Part shown: piece by piece, positions 49,476-62,188 of the stretch
How the letters are laid out: each line of letters begins with the position of its first letter
Position numbering within the stretch: position 1 is the first letter of the stretch
DNA from: Podarcis bocagei
Lineage: Eukaryota
Direction: 5' to 3' (one strand)
Assembly (NCBI GenBank): GCA_964188305.1
Contig: OZ076885.1
Length of the DNA stretch: 64,000 bases
Notes under the pieces: generated by a model
Database searches by the model: none
The model's input: only the letters and a program-made list of their open reading frames with translations
What the model was told of the DNA's origin: nothing
Made by a program: the position numbers and the translations under genes

Positions 49476-49778
49476 TTACACCTGGACAACCTGGTATACC
49501 AGAGGCTTCCATGATAACTAAACAGTCTATGACCATAGTCTGGAGCAGGCCAACTGTAGATGGTGGTAGCGAGATAAATGGATATTACCTTGAGAAACGG
49601 GATAAGAAAAGTCTAAGCTGGTTCAAGGTGTCTAAAGAAACCATTCGTGACACCAGGCAGAAAGTGACGGGACTAACAGAAAGCAGTGAATATCAGTTCA
49701 GAGTTTCTGCTGTGAATGCAGCTGGGCAAGGTCCCTTCTCTGATGCATCGGACTTCTACAAAGCTGAAGATCCTATAG
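49476..49778 (+). CDS. TTN: TTN exon ~333, Fn3
   Basis: tgcag|TTACA; TATAG|gtaaga; 303 nt. Confidence 0.93.
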
Positions 49779-49925
49779 GTAAGAAACCTTTCATTTGATT
49801 GTGCAAAAATGCAAAGGTCAAATTATACACATTCTTGAAACTGTGTAAGGGCATATATTGCTCTAAGTTATTGCTATTAGTTGTCAGGGTTGTCAAGACT
49901 CATTTTTGTTACTTGCATTTTGCAG

Positions 49926-50231
49926 AAAAACCTGGGCCACCTCTTAAGCTAAAAGTTGTGGATACTACAAAGACATCTGTCACACTCAGCTGGACTAAAC
50001 CAGCCTATGATGGAGGAAGTGCAATTACCAGCTATGCTATTGAAAAGAGAGAAGGGGAAGAAGAAGAATGGACTCTGGTCAGTGCAAGAGGAGAAGTGCG
50101 AACCACAGAGTATGTTGTTTCTCACCTTCAGCCAGGAATCAATTACTACTTCCGTGTAGCTGCTATAAATTATGCTGGACAAGGTGAACCCATTGAAATG
50201 ACAGAAGCTGTACAAGCTAAAGACATACTTG
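49926..50231 (+). CDS. TTN: TTN exon ~334, Fn3
   Basis: tgcag|AAAAA; ACTTG|gtatgt; 306 nt. Confidence 0.93.
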
Positions 50232-50338
50232 GTATGTAAATTCTATTATTATATTTAATATTCAGTATTTTCATCTTTTCCCCAAATACGAATTATTTTT
50301 CTTTTAACTTAATTTTATTATTATTTTGTTTTTTGCAG

Positions 50339-52105
50339 AGGAGGCACAGATTGATCTAGATGTTGCTCTCAGAACCTCCATTGTGGCTAAAGCAGGTGAA
50401 GATGTACAGATAATGATTCCATTCAAAGGAAGACCACCTCCAACTGTCACATGGAGAAAGGGTGACAAAAATCTAGGTGTTGATGAAAGATACAGCATTC
50501 AGAACACAGAATCGTCCACACTCCTTAGTATTCCTCAAGTCACTCGCAATGACACAGGAAAATATGTCCTCACTATTGAGAATGGAGTTGGAAAACCCAA
50601 AACTTCATTTGTGAACGTTAAAGTCCTTGACACTCCATCTGCATGCCAGAGACTGCATCTTAAACATGTTTCTCGTGGAACTGTGACATTGGTATGGGAC
50701 CCACCACTCATCAATGGTGGTTCTGAAGTAACAAATTATGTCATTGACAAAAGAGATGCCACAAAGAGAGCATGGTCCTCTGTTACAGCCAAGTGCTCTA
50801 ATACATCATTTAAGATAACTGACTTGTCAGAGAAGATCCCATACTTCTTCCGTGTTCTTGCAGAAAATGAAAATGGATTGGGTGAACCATGTGAAACTTC
50901 AGAACCAGTGAAAGCAGCAGAAGTCCCTGGACCTGTACGGGATCTGGCCATGAAAGATTCAACAAAGACGTCTGTCACTTTACAGTGGAGCAAACCTGAA
51001 TTTGATGGTGGTAGTATCATAACCGATTACGTTATTGAGAAGAAACTGAAGGATGAACATGAATGGTCATATGCAGGGGCAAGTAAAGCATGCGAATTTG
51101 AAGTTGAAAAACTTAAGGAGCTTTCTGTTATGGAGTTCAGAGTTTCTGCAAAGAATGAAAAAGGAAGAAGTGATTTTTCTGTAATTGGACCCATTACAGT
51201 GAAAGACTATGTAATAACACCTGAAGCAGACCTTTCTGATATACCTGGAGGACAAGTAACAGTGAGAATAGGTTATAATGTACATGTTGAATTACCATAT
51301 AAGGGAAAGCCCAAGCCAACTATGAGCTGGCTGAAAGACAACATTCCTCTTAAAGAAAGTGAACAGGTTCGCTTCAAGAAAACTGAAAACAAAATAACTT
51401 TAAGCATTAAGAATGTGAAAAAAGAAAATGGTGGCAAATATACCTTAATTCTTGATAATGGTGTTCACAGGAAGTCATTCCCAATCACAGTTATAACACT
51501 TGGCCCACCATCTAAGCCCAAGGGACCCATTAAACTAGACGAAATCAGAGCAGATAGTATGGTTCTTTCATGGGGTGTTCCTGAAGATGATGGAGGAGGA
51601 GAAATCACTGGCTACAGCGTTGAGAAGCGTGAAACCTCACAGACCAACTGGAAAATGATCTGTTCTAGTGTGTCAAGGACAACCTTCAAAGTTCCCAACC
51701 TTGTTAAAGATGCAGAGTATCAGTTCAGAGTCCGTGCAGAAAACAGATATGGAGTGAGCCCACCACTAAACTCCATTGAGGTCATAGCAAAACACCAGTT
51801 CAAACCACCAGGTTCACCAGGGAAGCCTGTTGTTTACAATGTGACAGCTGATGGAATGACCATATCTTGGGATGCTCCAGTCTATGACGGAGGAGCAGAA
51901 ATTACTGGATACCATGTTGAAAAGAAAGAACGAAATAGCATATTGTGGCAGAAAGTCAATTTGTCACCAATATCTAATAGAGAATACAGAATTACTGGAT
52001 TAATGGATGGTTTGGACTACCAGTTCCGTGTATATGCAGAAAACTCTGCTGGATTAAGCTCCGCTAGTGACCCGAGCAAATTTGCCTTGGCCGTTTCCCC
52101 AGTAG
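50339..52105 (+). CDS. TTN: TTN exon ~335, Ig-Fn-Fn-Ig-Fn-Fn (start of C9)
   Basis: tgcag|AGGAG; AGTAG|gtaagt; 1,767 nt. Confidence 0.95.
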
Positions 52106-52203
52106 GTAAGTGACTGATCACTGAATATAATGCACGTGTCTCAACACGCTGTTGGAATTTATGCTGAATTATATTACTATTAATGCACCTGTGTTTCTTT
52201 CAG

Positions 52204-52500
52204 ATCCACCTGGCACCCCTGATTACATTGATGTGACTAGGGAGACTATTACTCTGAAGTGGACAGCACCTCTGCGTGATGGAGGCAGCAAGATTGTGGG
52301 CTACAGTATTGAGAAACGTCAAGGAAGTGGTGATCGCTGGGTCAGATGCAATTTTATTGATGTCAGTGAATGCCAGTATACAGCTACAGGACTTAGCCCC
52401 GGCGATCGGTATGAATTCAGAATACTTGCAAGAAACGCTGTTGGAACTATCAGCCCTCCTTCTCAGTCTTCGGGCTATATCATGACCAGAGATGAAGCCG
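52204..52500 (+). CDS. TTN: TTN exon ~336, Fn3
   Basis: ttcag|ATCCA; AGCCG|gtaagc; 297 nt. Confidence 0.93.
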
Positions 52501-52888
52501 GTAAGCCTTATTTATAAGCATGTTACGTGTAAGCTCTCCTAAAGTTTATGGGCCACAGCACTTTATTTACAGCCAATGGCTGTATTACTGAATGACTTTG
52601 AATTCTGGTGACTATCTCACTATCTGCTAAGCAACTGATTAACACTGTCCATTGCTACTAACACTGTAAATCAGGAGTAGGCAACCTTTTCCATCCAAAG
52701 CACACAGTCCCTCATGGATAATCTTCATGGGGACACATGCTTGGTGTGGAGGGCAGAGGCAAAAATGGAGAGAGCAGTGGATGTGGCTCTTACTTTTGTT
52801 CAGTAGGCTACATTCCAGACATGCAAAAAATAAGAGGCTTCTACTTTTCTCTTTCTCCCTCTCTTATGTCTCTCAGAAGGAAAATGAC

Positions 52889-52919
52889 TGTGTGTGTGTT
52901 TGTTTGTGTGTGTGTGTGT
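52889..52919. repeat. Imperfect (TG)n tract
   Basis: Read directly. Confidence 0.85.
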
Positions 52920-53139
52920 ATCTTTGTATTAATGTAACATTTTCATATACAGCTGTGTATTTTTGTAATATTTTGTTTAAGTTGTCTGTTTTTGCTTCAG
53001 TTTTCTGTACAGCATTTTGAGTTATTTTTAATATAGTAAGTGATGTACAAATTAGTTAATCAATCAATCCTCGATGTAGCCAAGCAAGGGGTATTATCAC
53101 TCTTCAGAGACACATTCCAGTCATGCAAAATCACTTGAG

Positions 53140-53275
53140 CAGACTTCCTCATCCTCAGCCCTCCAGATGTTTTGAGACTACAATTCCCATCATCCCTGAC
53201 CACTGATCCTGCTAGCTAGGGATCATGGGAGTTGTAGGCCAAAAACATCTAGAGGGCTGAGGTTGAGGAAGCCTG
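53140..53275. mobile_element. Young palindromic hAT MITE, 136 bp
   Basis: About 34-bp near-perfect inverted arms; exact 8-bp TSD CACTTGAG at 53132-53139 and 53276-53283. Confidence 0.92.
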
Positions 53276-53587
53276 CACTTGAGGAATGTGTGAAGCTGCC
53301 TCAGAGAGGGTTATGACTTGAGAGTGGGGATGACTGACTAGGAAAAATCCTGAGGGCTAACTGGAAAGCTTGGGCTTCCTCATCCCTGCTGCAAAAGATC
53401 ATAAACATGAACTGAGTGACTCAATTTTTAAAAAAAAACCACAAACTGATATTATGCGGAAGTTTTGTATTTAATATTAAGTGACACTCTGACATAAAAT
53501 AACTAGTATAGCTCTTTATATTGTTTTGTAAGAAAATACATTGCTGACCATTAAGTGAACATTATTTTACTTCTTTTTATTCTTTAG

Positions 53588-53875
53588 TTGCGCCAAATAT
53601 TGAGTTCGGTGCCGAACATTTTGAAGGTCTTACAGTGAAAGCTGGGGAAAGCATAAGGTTTAAAGTTTTCATCACAGGCCGGCCAGTTCCTCAAGTGATG
53701 TGGTATAAAGATGGACAAGAGATTGACAAGAGGCTGAATATGGAAATAAACAATGCAATTGGCTATAGCACCTTGTTTGTTAGAGATGCTTCCCGGGAAC
53801 ATCGTGGAGTATACAGAATAGAAGCCAAGAATGCATCGGGCACCAGACAGGCAGACATAACCATAAGAGTACACG
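53588..53875 (+). CDS. TTN: TTN exon ~337, Ig
   Basis: tttag|TTGCG; ACACG|gtaact; 288 nt. Confidence 0.93.
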
Positions 53876-53977
53876 GTAACTTTCCTTATATGAAATTGAG
53901 CAACTTTTATTTAGCATTCTGTTCATTCTATATTAAAATAAGAACAGATAAAAATAACTGATAATTGACTGTTACAG

Positions 53978-54277
53978 ATACCCCAGGAAAAGTCGGTGGG
54001 CCAATACGATTCACCAATGTTACTGAAGAGAAGGCGTCGTTATGGTGGGAGGCGCCTGCTAACGATGGCTGTGCAGCCATTACTCATTACGTGATTGAAA
54101 AGCGTGAGACCAGCCGAGTATCCTGGGCATTGATTGAAGACCACTGTGAAACATGCAGCTACACGGCACACAAATTAATAAAGGGCAATGAATACCAGTT
54201 CCGTATCTCAGCAGCCAACAAGTTTGGTGTCGGCAGGCCACTGGAATCTGATCCAATCGTAGCACAGGCACATTATA
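53978..54277 (+). CDS. TTN: TTN exon ~338, Fn3
   Basis: tacag|ATACC; TTATA|gtaagt; 300 nt. Confidence 0.92.
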
Positions 54278-54366
54278 GTAAGTTTACATTAAATTGAGAA
54301 ATCTTAAATTACAGTGTTGGCAACCTTGTTGAGGATGTTATCTGATTGGCTTCTTTTATTTTACAG

Positions 54367-56433
54367 CTGTCCCCGAGGCTCCTGGCACTCCAGAACCAAG
54401 CAACGTAACAGGAAACAGCATTACACTTACATGGACAAGGCCAGCATCAGATGGTGGAAGTGACATTAACCAATATATCTTGGAGAGAAGAGAAAAGAAA
54501 AGTATTCTCTGGGTTAAAGTGTCCAGCAAGAGGCCCATTTCTGAGACACGGTTCAGAGTCACAGGCCTAACCGAAGGCAATGAATATGAGTTCCATGTCA
54601 TGGCGGAAAATAACGCAGGAGTTGGGCCGCCAAGCGGTGTCTCAAGGCTGATTAAATGCAGAGAGGCAGTTCATCCACCAAGTGCTCCTACTGTTGTCAA
54701 AGTGACCGACACATCAAAGACAAGTGTCAGCTTGGAATGGACCAGGCCTGTTTTCGATGGAGGCCTGGAAATAATTGGCTACATCATCGAAATGTGCAAA
54801 GCAGATTTAGGAGAATGGCATAAAGTCAATGCTGAGACTTGCATTGCTACCAAGTACACTGTGGTTGATCTAGAACCAAACGAAAACTACAAATTCCGAG
54901 TCAGTGCTGTAAATGGTGCAGGCAAAGGAGAAAGCTGTGAAGTTTCTGCTTCGGTGCAAACAATAGATAGACTCTCTTCCCCAGAACTTGATATTGATGC
55001 TAGCTTCAAGCAGACACATATTGTCAGAGCAGGTGCAACTATCCGTCTGTTTATTGCCTTCAAGGGCAGACCTGTTCCTACTGCTGTATGGTCCAAAGCA
55101 GATTCATCTCTTAGCCTGCGTGCTGACATACATACAACAGACTCATTCAGTACATTAACTGTGGAGAACTGTAACAGAACAGATGCTGGCAAATATATAT
55201 TGACTGTAGAAAACAACAGTGGTAAGAAATCTGTTGCCTTCACTGTTAAAGTACTAGACACTCCAGGGCCACCAGGCCCCATTACATTTAAGGATGTGAC
55301 CAGAGACTCTATCACTTTAATGTGGGATGCTCCTATTTTGGATGGAGGTGCTCGCATCCATCATTATGTCGTGGAGAAGCGAGAAGCAAGCCGTCGCAGC
55401 TGGCAGGTTGTCAATGAAAAATGTACTCGTCAAATTGCTAAGGTCACAGATCTTGCAGAAGGTGTGCCCTATTTTTACCGTGTTTCAGCAGAAAATGAAT
55501 ATGGAATAGGTGAACCTTGTGAATTAACAGAGCCAGTTGTAGCCACAGAAGAGCCTGCTCCACCTAAGAGATTAGATATTGTTGATACTACCAAGTCATC
55601 TGCAATACTAGCTTGGCTGAAACCTGATCATGATGGTGGTAGTCGCATCACTGGATACCTCCTAGAGATGAAACAAAAGGGATCTGACTATTGGCTTGAA
55701 GCCGGTCAAACTAAACAGCTGACTTTTACAGTTGAAGGTCTTATAGAGAACAATGAATATGAGTTCCGTGTCAAAGCAAGGAATAATGCTGGCTACAGTC
55801 AACCAAGAGAAGCCTTTTCTTCTGTTATTATTAAAGAGCCACAGATTGAGCCAACTGCAGATCTCAGTGGAATAACTAAACAACTTATAACTTGCAAAGC
55901 TGGTAGCTCTTTCACTATTGACATACCAATTAGTGGACGTCCTGTTCCAAAGGTAACATGGAAACTTGAAGAAATGAGACTCAAGGAAACAGACAGAGTG
56001 ACTATAAAGACAACAAAGGAAAGAACCACACTGACTGTTAAGGAGAGCATGAGAGGTGACTCTGGTAAATATTATTTGACACTTGAGAACACAGCTGGCG
56101 TGAAAACTTTCACTGTCACAGTCGTTGTTATTGGAAGACCTGGTCCAGTTACACGCCCCATAGAAGTATCATCTGTGACAGCCGAATCCTGTGTGTTGTC
56201 ATGGAAGGAGCCTGAAGATGATGGTGGCACTGGTATTACAAACTATATTGTTGAAAAACGTGAATCTGGTACAACAGCATGGCAACTGGTAAATTCCAGC
56301 GTCAAACGTACACAGATCAAAGTAACTCACCTCACTAAATATATGGAATACACTTTCCGTGTAAGCTCAGAAAACAGATTTGGTGTCAGCAAGCCAGTAG
56401 AATCAGTACCGATAGTGGCTGAGCATCCATTTG
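54367..56433 (+). CDS. TTN: TTN exon ~339, Fn-Fn-Ig-Fn-Fn-Ig-Fn (contains start of C10)
   Basis: tacag|CTGTC; ATTTG|gtaagt; 2,067 nt. Confidence 0.95.
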
Positions 56434-56550
56434 GTAAGTAATAATTGTTTTAACAGATGTGCATAAATTAATTCCTTTTTTTAAAAAAAAACCAAAACCA
56501 AACAAACACAGCAGTATTTAACAGTATTTCCCTTTATTTTCTTTCATTAG

Positions 56551-56853
56551 TCCCACCAAGCCCACCCACTAGACCCGAAGTCTATTTTGTTTCTGCCAAT
56601 GCCATGTCCATTCGGTGGGAAGAACCGTATCATGATGGCGGCAGCAAAGTTGTTGGATACTGGATTGAAAAGAAAGAACGCAACACAATCCTTTGGGTGA
56701 AGGAAAACAAATCTCCATGTACTGAATGTAACTACAAAGCTACAGGGCTCGTGGAAGGTCTGGAGTATCAATTCAGAATATATGCATTAAACGCTGCTGG
56801 GCTGAGCAAAGCCAGTGAAGCTTCAAGATCTGTCTTGGCCCAAAATCCTGTTG
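56551..56853 (+). CDS. TTN: TTN exon ~340, Fn3
   Basis: attag|TCCCA; TGTTG|gtaagt; 303 nt. Confidence 0.93.
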
Positions 56854-56942
56854 GTAAGTATAACTGGTAGAGAGAAAGTGTGTGTCCTATGACTATTTAA
56901 AGGAACAATGGAGTGATATTTTTGCATTATGTTCTCTTACAG

Positions 56943-57248
56943 ATCCACCGGGCAGGCCAGAGGTCACAGATGTAACAAGGTCTTCAGTGTCATTAACCTG
57001 GTCTCCCCCACTTTATGATGGTGGAAGCAAAATTGTTGGCTATATTGTAGAACGCAAACCATACAATGAAGCTGGAGATGGACGCTGGCTGAAATGCAAC
57101 TATACCATTGTCTCTGAAAACTCCTTTACCGTGACAGCTCTTAGTGAAGGAGAGGAATATGAATTCCGTGTTTTGGCAAAGAATGCTGCTGGTGTGATTA
57201 GCAAGGGTTCTGAATCTACTGGCCCTGTTGCCTGTAAAGATGAATACT
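56943..57248 (+). CDS. TTN: TTN exon ~341, Fn3
   Basis: tacag|ATCCA; ATACT|gtaaga; 306 nt. Confidence 0.93.
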
Positions 57249-57348
57249 GTAAGAGATGTTCATGTGGGTTTTAAAATTAGGTCATGACTTGTCCATATTT
57301 TAAGCGATCAAAATACACATTTATTTCTTTTGCTTTTTTTTTTCATAG

Positions 57349-57639
57349 CACCGCCTAAAGCTGAACTGGATGCCAAATTGCAAGGAGACGTTGTAACAGT
57401 TAGGGCTGGATCTGACCTGGTTCTTGAGGCATCGATTGGAGGAAAACCAGAACCCAAAGTATTTTGGTCTAAAGGTGACAAAGAACTGGACCCAAGCGAA
57501 AAGGTCACTTTGCAATACACAAGCAAGCATGCTGTTGCAATCATCAAGTTCTGTGACCGAAGTGATACTGGAAAATACACATTAACTGTTAAAAATGCCA
57601 GTGGGACAAAGCAAGTTGCTGTCCTTGTCAAAGTGCTTG
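57349..57639 (+). CDS. TTN: TTN exon ~342, Ig
   Basis: catag|CACCG; GCTTG|gtgagt; 291 nt. Confidence 0.93.
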
Positions 57640-57759
57640 GTGAGTATTTCATATCTGCTAGTTTTCTGTGGCTATTTAACTTCTTTCCTTTAAAGTTTCA
57701 TTTTGAGATTAAATAATTTATTTCACTGCAGTAATTATCCTTTTACTCTTTGTCAATAG

Positions 57760-58059
57760 ATTCGCCTGGTCCATGCGCTGGCAAAATCACCATAAGCAGA
57801 GTTACAGAAGAGAAGTGTACCTTGGCTTGGCGGATGCCTCAAGAAGATGGAGGGGCAGAGATTACTCATTACATTGTAGAGAGACGCGAGACAAGCAGAC
57901 TGAACTGGGTTATTGTTGAACCCGAATGTCCAACACTGTCATGTGTAGTAACCAGACTTATAAAGAATAATGAATATATATTCCGTGTAAGAGCTGTCAA
58001 CAAATATGGACCAGGTGTTCCACTTGAAACAGAACCCATTATTGCTAGAAATTCATTCA
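57760..58059 (+). CDS. TTN: TTN exon ~343, Fn3
   Basis: aatag|ATTCG; ATTCA|gtaagt; 300 nt. Confidence 0.93.
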
Positions 58060-58181
58060 GTAAGTACTTCTCTAGCCTTGTGAAGTCTTTCCCCTTTGGG
58101 GGGAGGCACAAAGTAAGTTGTGTTACACACAATAAATGTGAAATACCTAATTCTTTTCCTGCCTTTAATAAATATTTACAG

Positions 58182-58487
58182 CTATCCCATCACCACCTGG
58201 TGTTCCTGAATCAGTGGGTGCTGGCAAAGAGCACGTCATTATTCAGTGGCTGAAGCCAGAGTCGGATGGGGGTAACGAGATCAGGACCTACCTTGTAGAC
58301 AAACGAGAGAAGAAAAGCCTACGCTGGACCCGCGTTAACAAAGACTACATCATTTATGACACAAGACTGAAAATTACTGGTCTAATGGAAGGCAGCGAAT
58401 ATCAGTTCCGTGTCACTGCAGTAAATGCTGCTGGCAACAGTGAGCCTAGCGATGCTTCACAGTACGTTTTGTGCAAAGACCCATCAT
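58182..58487 (+). CDS. TTN: TTN exon ~344, Fn3
   Basis: tacag|CTATC; ATCAT|gtaagt; 306 nt. Confidence 0.93.
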
Positions 58488-58657
58488 GTAAGTTCATTCA
58501 TTTATATTCATTAATATTGTAGATTAAACAATATGAAGACCGCATAGGCCTTGAATCTAGAAGGTCCAGTGGTGCTGTTTGGACCATTCACCACAGCACC
58601 AAAGAGAATATATTTATTTATTTTTAAGCCATTTTTATACCACCAGGATGGATGCCT

Positions 58658-59030
58658 TAGAATGATAGAATCATAGAACTGTATAGTTGGAAATGACCTC
58701 AAGGGTCATCTAGTCCATCAGCCTGCAATGCAGGAATCTCAACTAAAGCATACATGAACGTTGGCCATCCAACCTCTGCCTAAAAACCTCCAGTGAAAGA
58801 GAGTCCACCACCTCCCAAGGGAGTCTGTTCCACTACTGAACAGCTCTTACCATCAGAAAGTTATTGCTGATGTTTAGTCAGGACAAATTATTCCAATTGG
58901 CTTGGTTCCTAGCCTCCAGAGTAGGAGAAAATGAGCTTGCTCCATCTTCCCAGTGACAGTCCTTTAGATATTTGAAAATGGCTATCATATCTCCTGTCAA
59001 CCTGCCCTTGAACAGCCTAAACATATGCAA
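58658..59030 (-). mobile_element. CR1 LINE 3' fragment
   Basis: (ATAGAATC)-type 8-mer tail; minus-strand translation GRLTGDMIAIFKYLKDCH matches the CR1 ORF2 C-terminal motif RLRGD.I..FKYL.G. Confidence 0.85.
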
Positions 59031-59120
59031 CTTTGTCTGCAGCAAGGAAGGTGAGGGCTGACTTTTAAGGGACAAGCTACATGAGGGAGGAAAAGGAGAT
59101 AACATGTGAAAGTTCATTCA

Positions 59121-59174
<54 letters not shown>
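59121..59174. repeat. (AAT)18 microsatellite, expanded L2 tail
   Basis: Read directly; abuts the L2 3' end. Confidence 0.95.
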
Positions 59175-59349
59175 TTTTTATTTCTACCCCACCCGTCTGG
59201 CTGGGTTTCCCCAGGCACTCTGGGCGGCTTCCAACAGAAGGTTAAAAATACATTAAAACATCAGTCATTAAAAATTTCCCTAAACAGGACTGCCTTCAGA
59301 TGTCTTATAGTTGTTTATTTCTTTGACATCTGATGGGAGGGCATTCCAC
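59121..59349 (-). mobile_element. L2 3' fragment, same family as 25303-25721
   Basis: accccacccgtctggctggg...actctgggcggcttccaaca...ttccctaaacagg...tttgacatctgatgggagggcattccac. Confidence 0.88.
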
Positions 59350-59641
59350 TCCAAAGTGTTTCGTGTACTCCTGAACCTTCTAAGCCCTATTATTCTATTG
59401 TATCACTTTCTTGCATACCACAAGCTAAAGAAACAGCAGCACCTTAAACACATCTGTTCCTTGGGAGCAGGCTGTACTGAAACAGATAGCCAGTGTTAAA
59501 ATTATATCCCGATCCAAGTACAGGAGCAGTTCAAAATATATAATCATAGCTACTACAGAAGTGTTTAAATGATTATTCATTCAGGTTTTAAGGATCCACT
59601 GTAGTAACATGAAGTGTGTATTTTTTTTTTCCTTTCCAAAG

Positions 59642-59947
59642 ATACTCCTGCTCCACCTTCACCGCCAAGAGTTGTGGACACTACTAGAACTAGCATAAGC
59701 TTGGCTTGGACAAAGCCCATGTATGACGGTGGCGTTGATTTATTAGGCTATGTCCTTGAAATGAAAGAAGAAGGAACTGAACAATGGTATCGGGCCCATA
59801 GCACTGCCACCATAAGAAACACCGAATTCACAGTGACTGGTCTGAAAATAAGCCAGAAGTACCGCTTTAGAGTGGCTGCCACAAATGTAAATGGTATGAG
59901 TGAATACAGTGAGACCCCTGCTGAAATAGAACCTGTGGAAAGGCTAG
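59642..59947 (+). CDS. TTN: TTN exon ~345, Fn3
   Basis: caaag|ATACT; GCTAG|gtaatg; 306 nt. Confidence 0.92.
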
Positions 59948-60056
59948 GTAATGTCAAGATCGAGTCTTTGTAAAATATTTGCAAACTTACAAATTGAAAA
60001 TTTGTTCAGAAATATTCAAATGCAACCTAAACTTTTATTTCTATCCCCACCTATAG

Positions 60057-60338
60057 AAATACCAGAACTTGAGCTTGCTGAAGACCTCAAGAAGACTATT
60101 ACGGTCAGAGCAGGTGGTTCTTTACGTCTAATGGTGTCAGTATCTGGCAGACCAACACCAATGGTTACATGGAGCAAGAAGGGTGTTGACCTAGCAAGTC
60201 GAGGTATCATTGACACCACAGACAGCTACACACTGTTGGTTGTGGATAAAGTGAACCGGTACGATGCTGGAAAATACGTCCTTGAGGCTGAAAATCAATC
60301 AGGAAAGAAATCTGCCACAATTATGGTTAAAGTCTATG
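60057..60338 (+). CDS. TTN: TTN exon ~346, Ig (start of C11)
   Basis: tatag|AAATA; CTATG|gtaagt; 282 nt. Confidence 0.93.
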
Positions 60339-60556
60339 GTAAGTGCAAATACCATTGTTTATTGTTACAGCAATACCTTTGCCCATTCCATCACAAATTT
60401 AAAGAAATTGGCTAAAAAAAGAAGAAGAAAAAGAGGGATTTAGTTTGCAGAGTAATGGTAGTCTCCAACTTTAATTTGCTTATGCAGAAAAAATACTATG
60501 CAGAGTGTAATGCACATAAAATATGACGAAGGTCTATTTTGCCGTTTGTTCCACAG

Positions 60557-61150
60557 ATACCCCTGGACCAGCAGGAGCAGTGAAAGTTAAAGAGGTTACA
60601 AAAGAGTCTGTGACAATTACTTGGGATATTCCAACTATTGATGGAGGAGCTCCAGTCAACAACTATATAATAGAGAAACGTGAGGCTGCCATGCGAGCAT
60701 TCAAGACAGTAACTACTAAATGCAACAAAACCTTTTACAGAATTTCCGGGCTCATTGAAGGAGCGCTATACTACTTCCGAGTACTGCCAGAAAATATCTA
60801 TGGCATTGGTGAACCCTGTGAGACCGCAGATGCAGTGCTGGTGTCAGAAATTCCAAGTGTGCCTCAGAAACTGGAGGTGGTTGATATAACTAAATCTACT
60901 GTATCGCTTGCATGGGAAAAACCACAGCATGATGGTGGCAGCAGATTAACTGGCTATGTAATTGAGGCCAGTAAAGCTGGAACAGAAAGGTGGATGAAAG
61001 TTGTAACACTGAAACCTACGGTCCTTGAGCACACAATAATTTCATTAAATGAAGGTGAACAGTACCTGTTTAGAGTAAGAGCGCAAAATCAAAAGGGTGT
61101 GTCTGAACCAAGAGAGATAGTCACAGCAGTGACAGTACAAGAACAAAAAG
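60557..61150 (+). CDS. TTN: TTN exon ~347, Fn3 + Fn3
   Basis: cacag|ATACC; AAAAG|gtaaga; 594 nt. Confidence 0.93.
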
Positions 61151-61260
61151 GTAAGAGTCATAATTACAATGGGGGGGGGGAAATGGAATATTATTCAAAG
61201 TGCTGAGACATGGTTTAACAAATATTAATAATGTTGGGTTTACTATTATTATTATTTTAG

Positions 61261-61548
61261 TTCTACCTGCAATTGACCTTGCTGGAATACCTCAAAAGAC
61301 CATTCATGTACCAGCTGGCAGACCTATAGAGCTAGCTATCCCAATTTCTGGACGACCACCTCCAGCTGTTTCTTGGTTCTTTGCTGGCTCTAAACTACGA
61401 GAATCAGACCGGGTCAAAGTTGAAACAGTTGCTAAGGTAGCTAAATTAACCATACGTGAAACCACAATACATGACACTGGAGAGTACACACTGGAACTGA
61501 AGAACACAACTGGAACAGCTACTGAAAGAATAAAAGTTATTATTCTGG
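61261..61548 (+). CDS. TTN: TTN exon ~348, Ig
   Basis: tttag|TTCTA; TCTGG|gtaaga; 288 nt. Confidence 0.93.
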
Positions 61549-61669
61549 GTAAGAATTTGCTTTGAAAATATAATTGTCCATAATTTTTTCTTGCATAATT
61601 TCCCCAAATTCAGGTATTTCCTTGTTTAACTATTTCTTTGTTTATATCTCATTTATTTCATTTTCACAG

Positions 61670-61969
61670 ACAAACCTGGACCACCTACTGGACCTATTAA
61701 AATTGTTGATATTGATTCAACTTTTGTAACCATTTCATGGGAACCACCTGAGATGGATGGGGGCGCAGCACTAAGTGGATATGTGGTGGAGCAACGAGAT
61801 GCACATCGTCCAGGATGGTTACCAGTGTCTGAATCTGTAACCCGGACAACATATAAATTTTCTAAACTTACTGAGGGTGCTGAATATGTGTTCCGCGTGG
61901 CTGCCACAAACCGCTTTGGAATTGGATCATACTTGCAGTCTGAAATTGTAGAATGCAAGAGCAGAATTA
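61670..61969 (+). CDS. TTN: TTN exon ~349, Fn3
   Basis: cacag|ACAAA; AATTA|gtaagt; 300 nt. Confidence 0.93.
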
Positions 61970-62188
61970 GTAAGTAAATATTCTTTTTTCTAGTCCTCTG
62001 CATTTAAAAAATCCAGATCAGTTTACATGGACACATATAGAAGAAACAAGTCTTGATACTATGTACCTTCTATTTTCCTTTTCCTGAAATAAGAATGAAA
62101 GAACTAGTCTACAATACCCTGCTTATTCAGACCAAAATATGATCATAAATGGAATTTTCATCTCATTTTAAAAATCTATTTATTGTAG

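Larger units (their letters stand above)
52672..53388. mobile_element. Older non-autonomous hAT element hosting nested insertions
   Basis: Ends CAGGAGTAGGCAACC / GGCTTCCTCATCCCTG (imperfect TIRs); flanks ctgtaaat / ctgcaaaa (6/8 TSD match). Confidence 0.55.

Noticed and set aside
14164-57652. Numerous minus-strand ORFs of 60-205 aa overlapping titin exons
   Set aside because: These are antisense shadows of the coding frame. They recur at paralogous positions of each super-repeat, follow titin codon usage and show no independent domain signature.
59106-59333. Poly-asparagine ORF
   Set aside because: Translation of the (AAT)18 L2 tail
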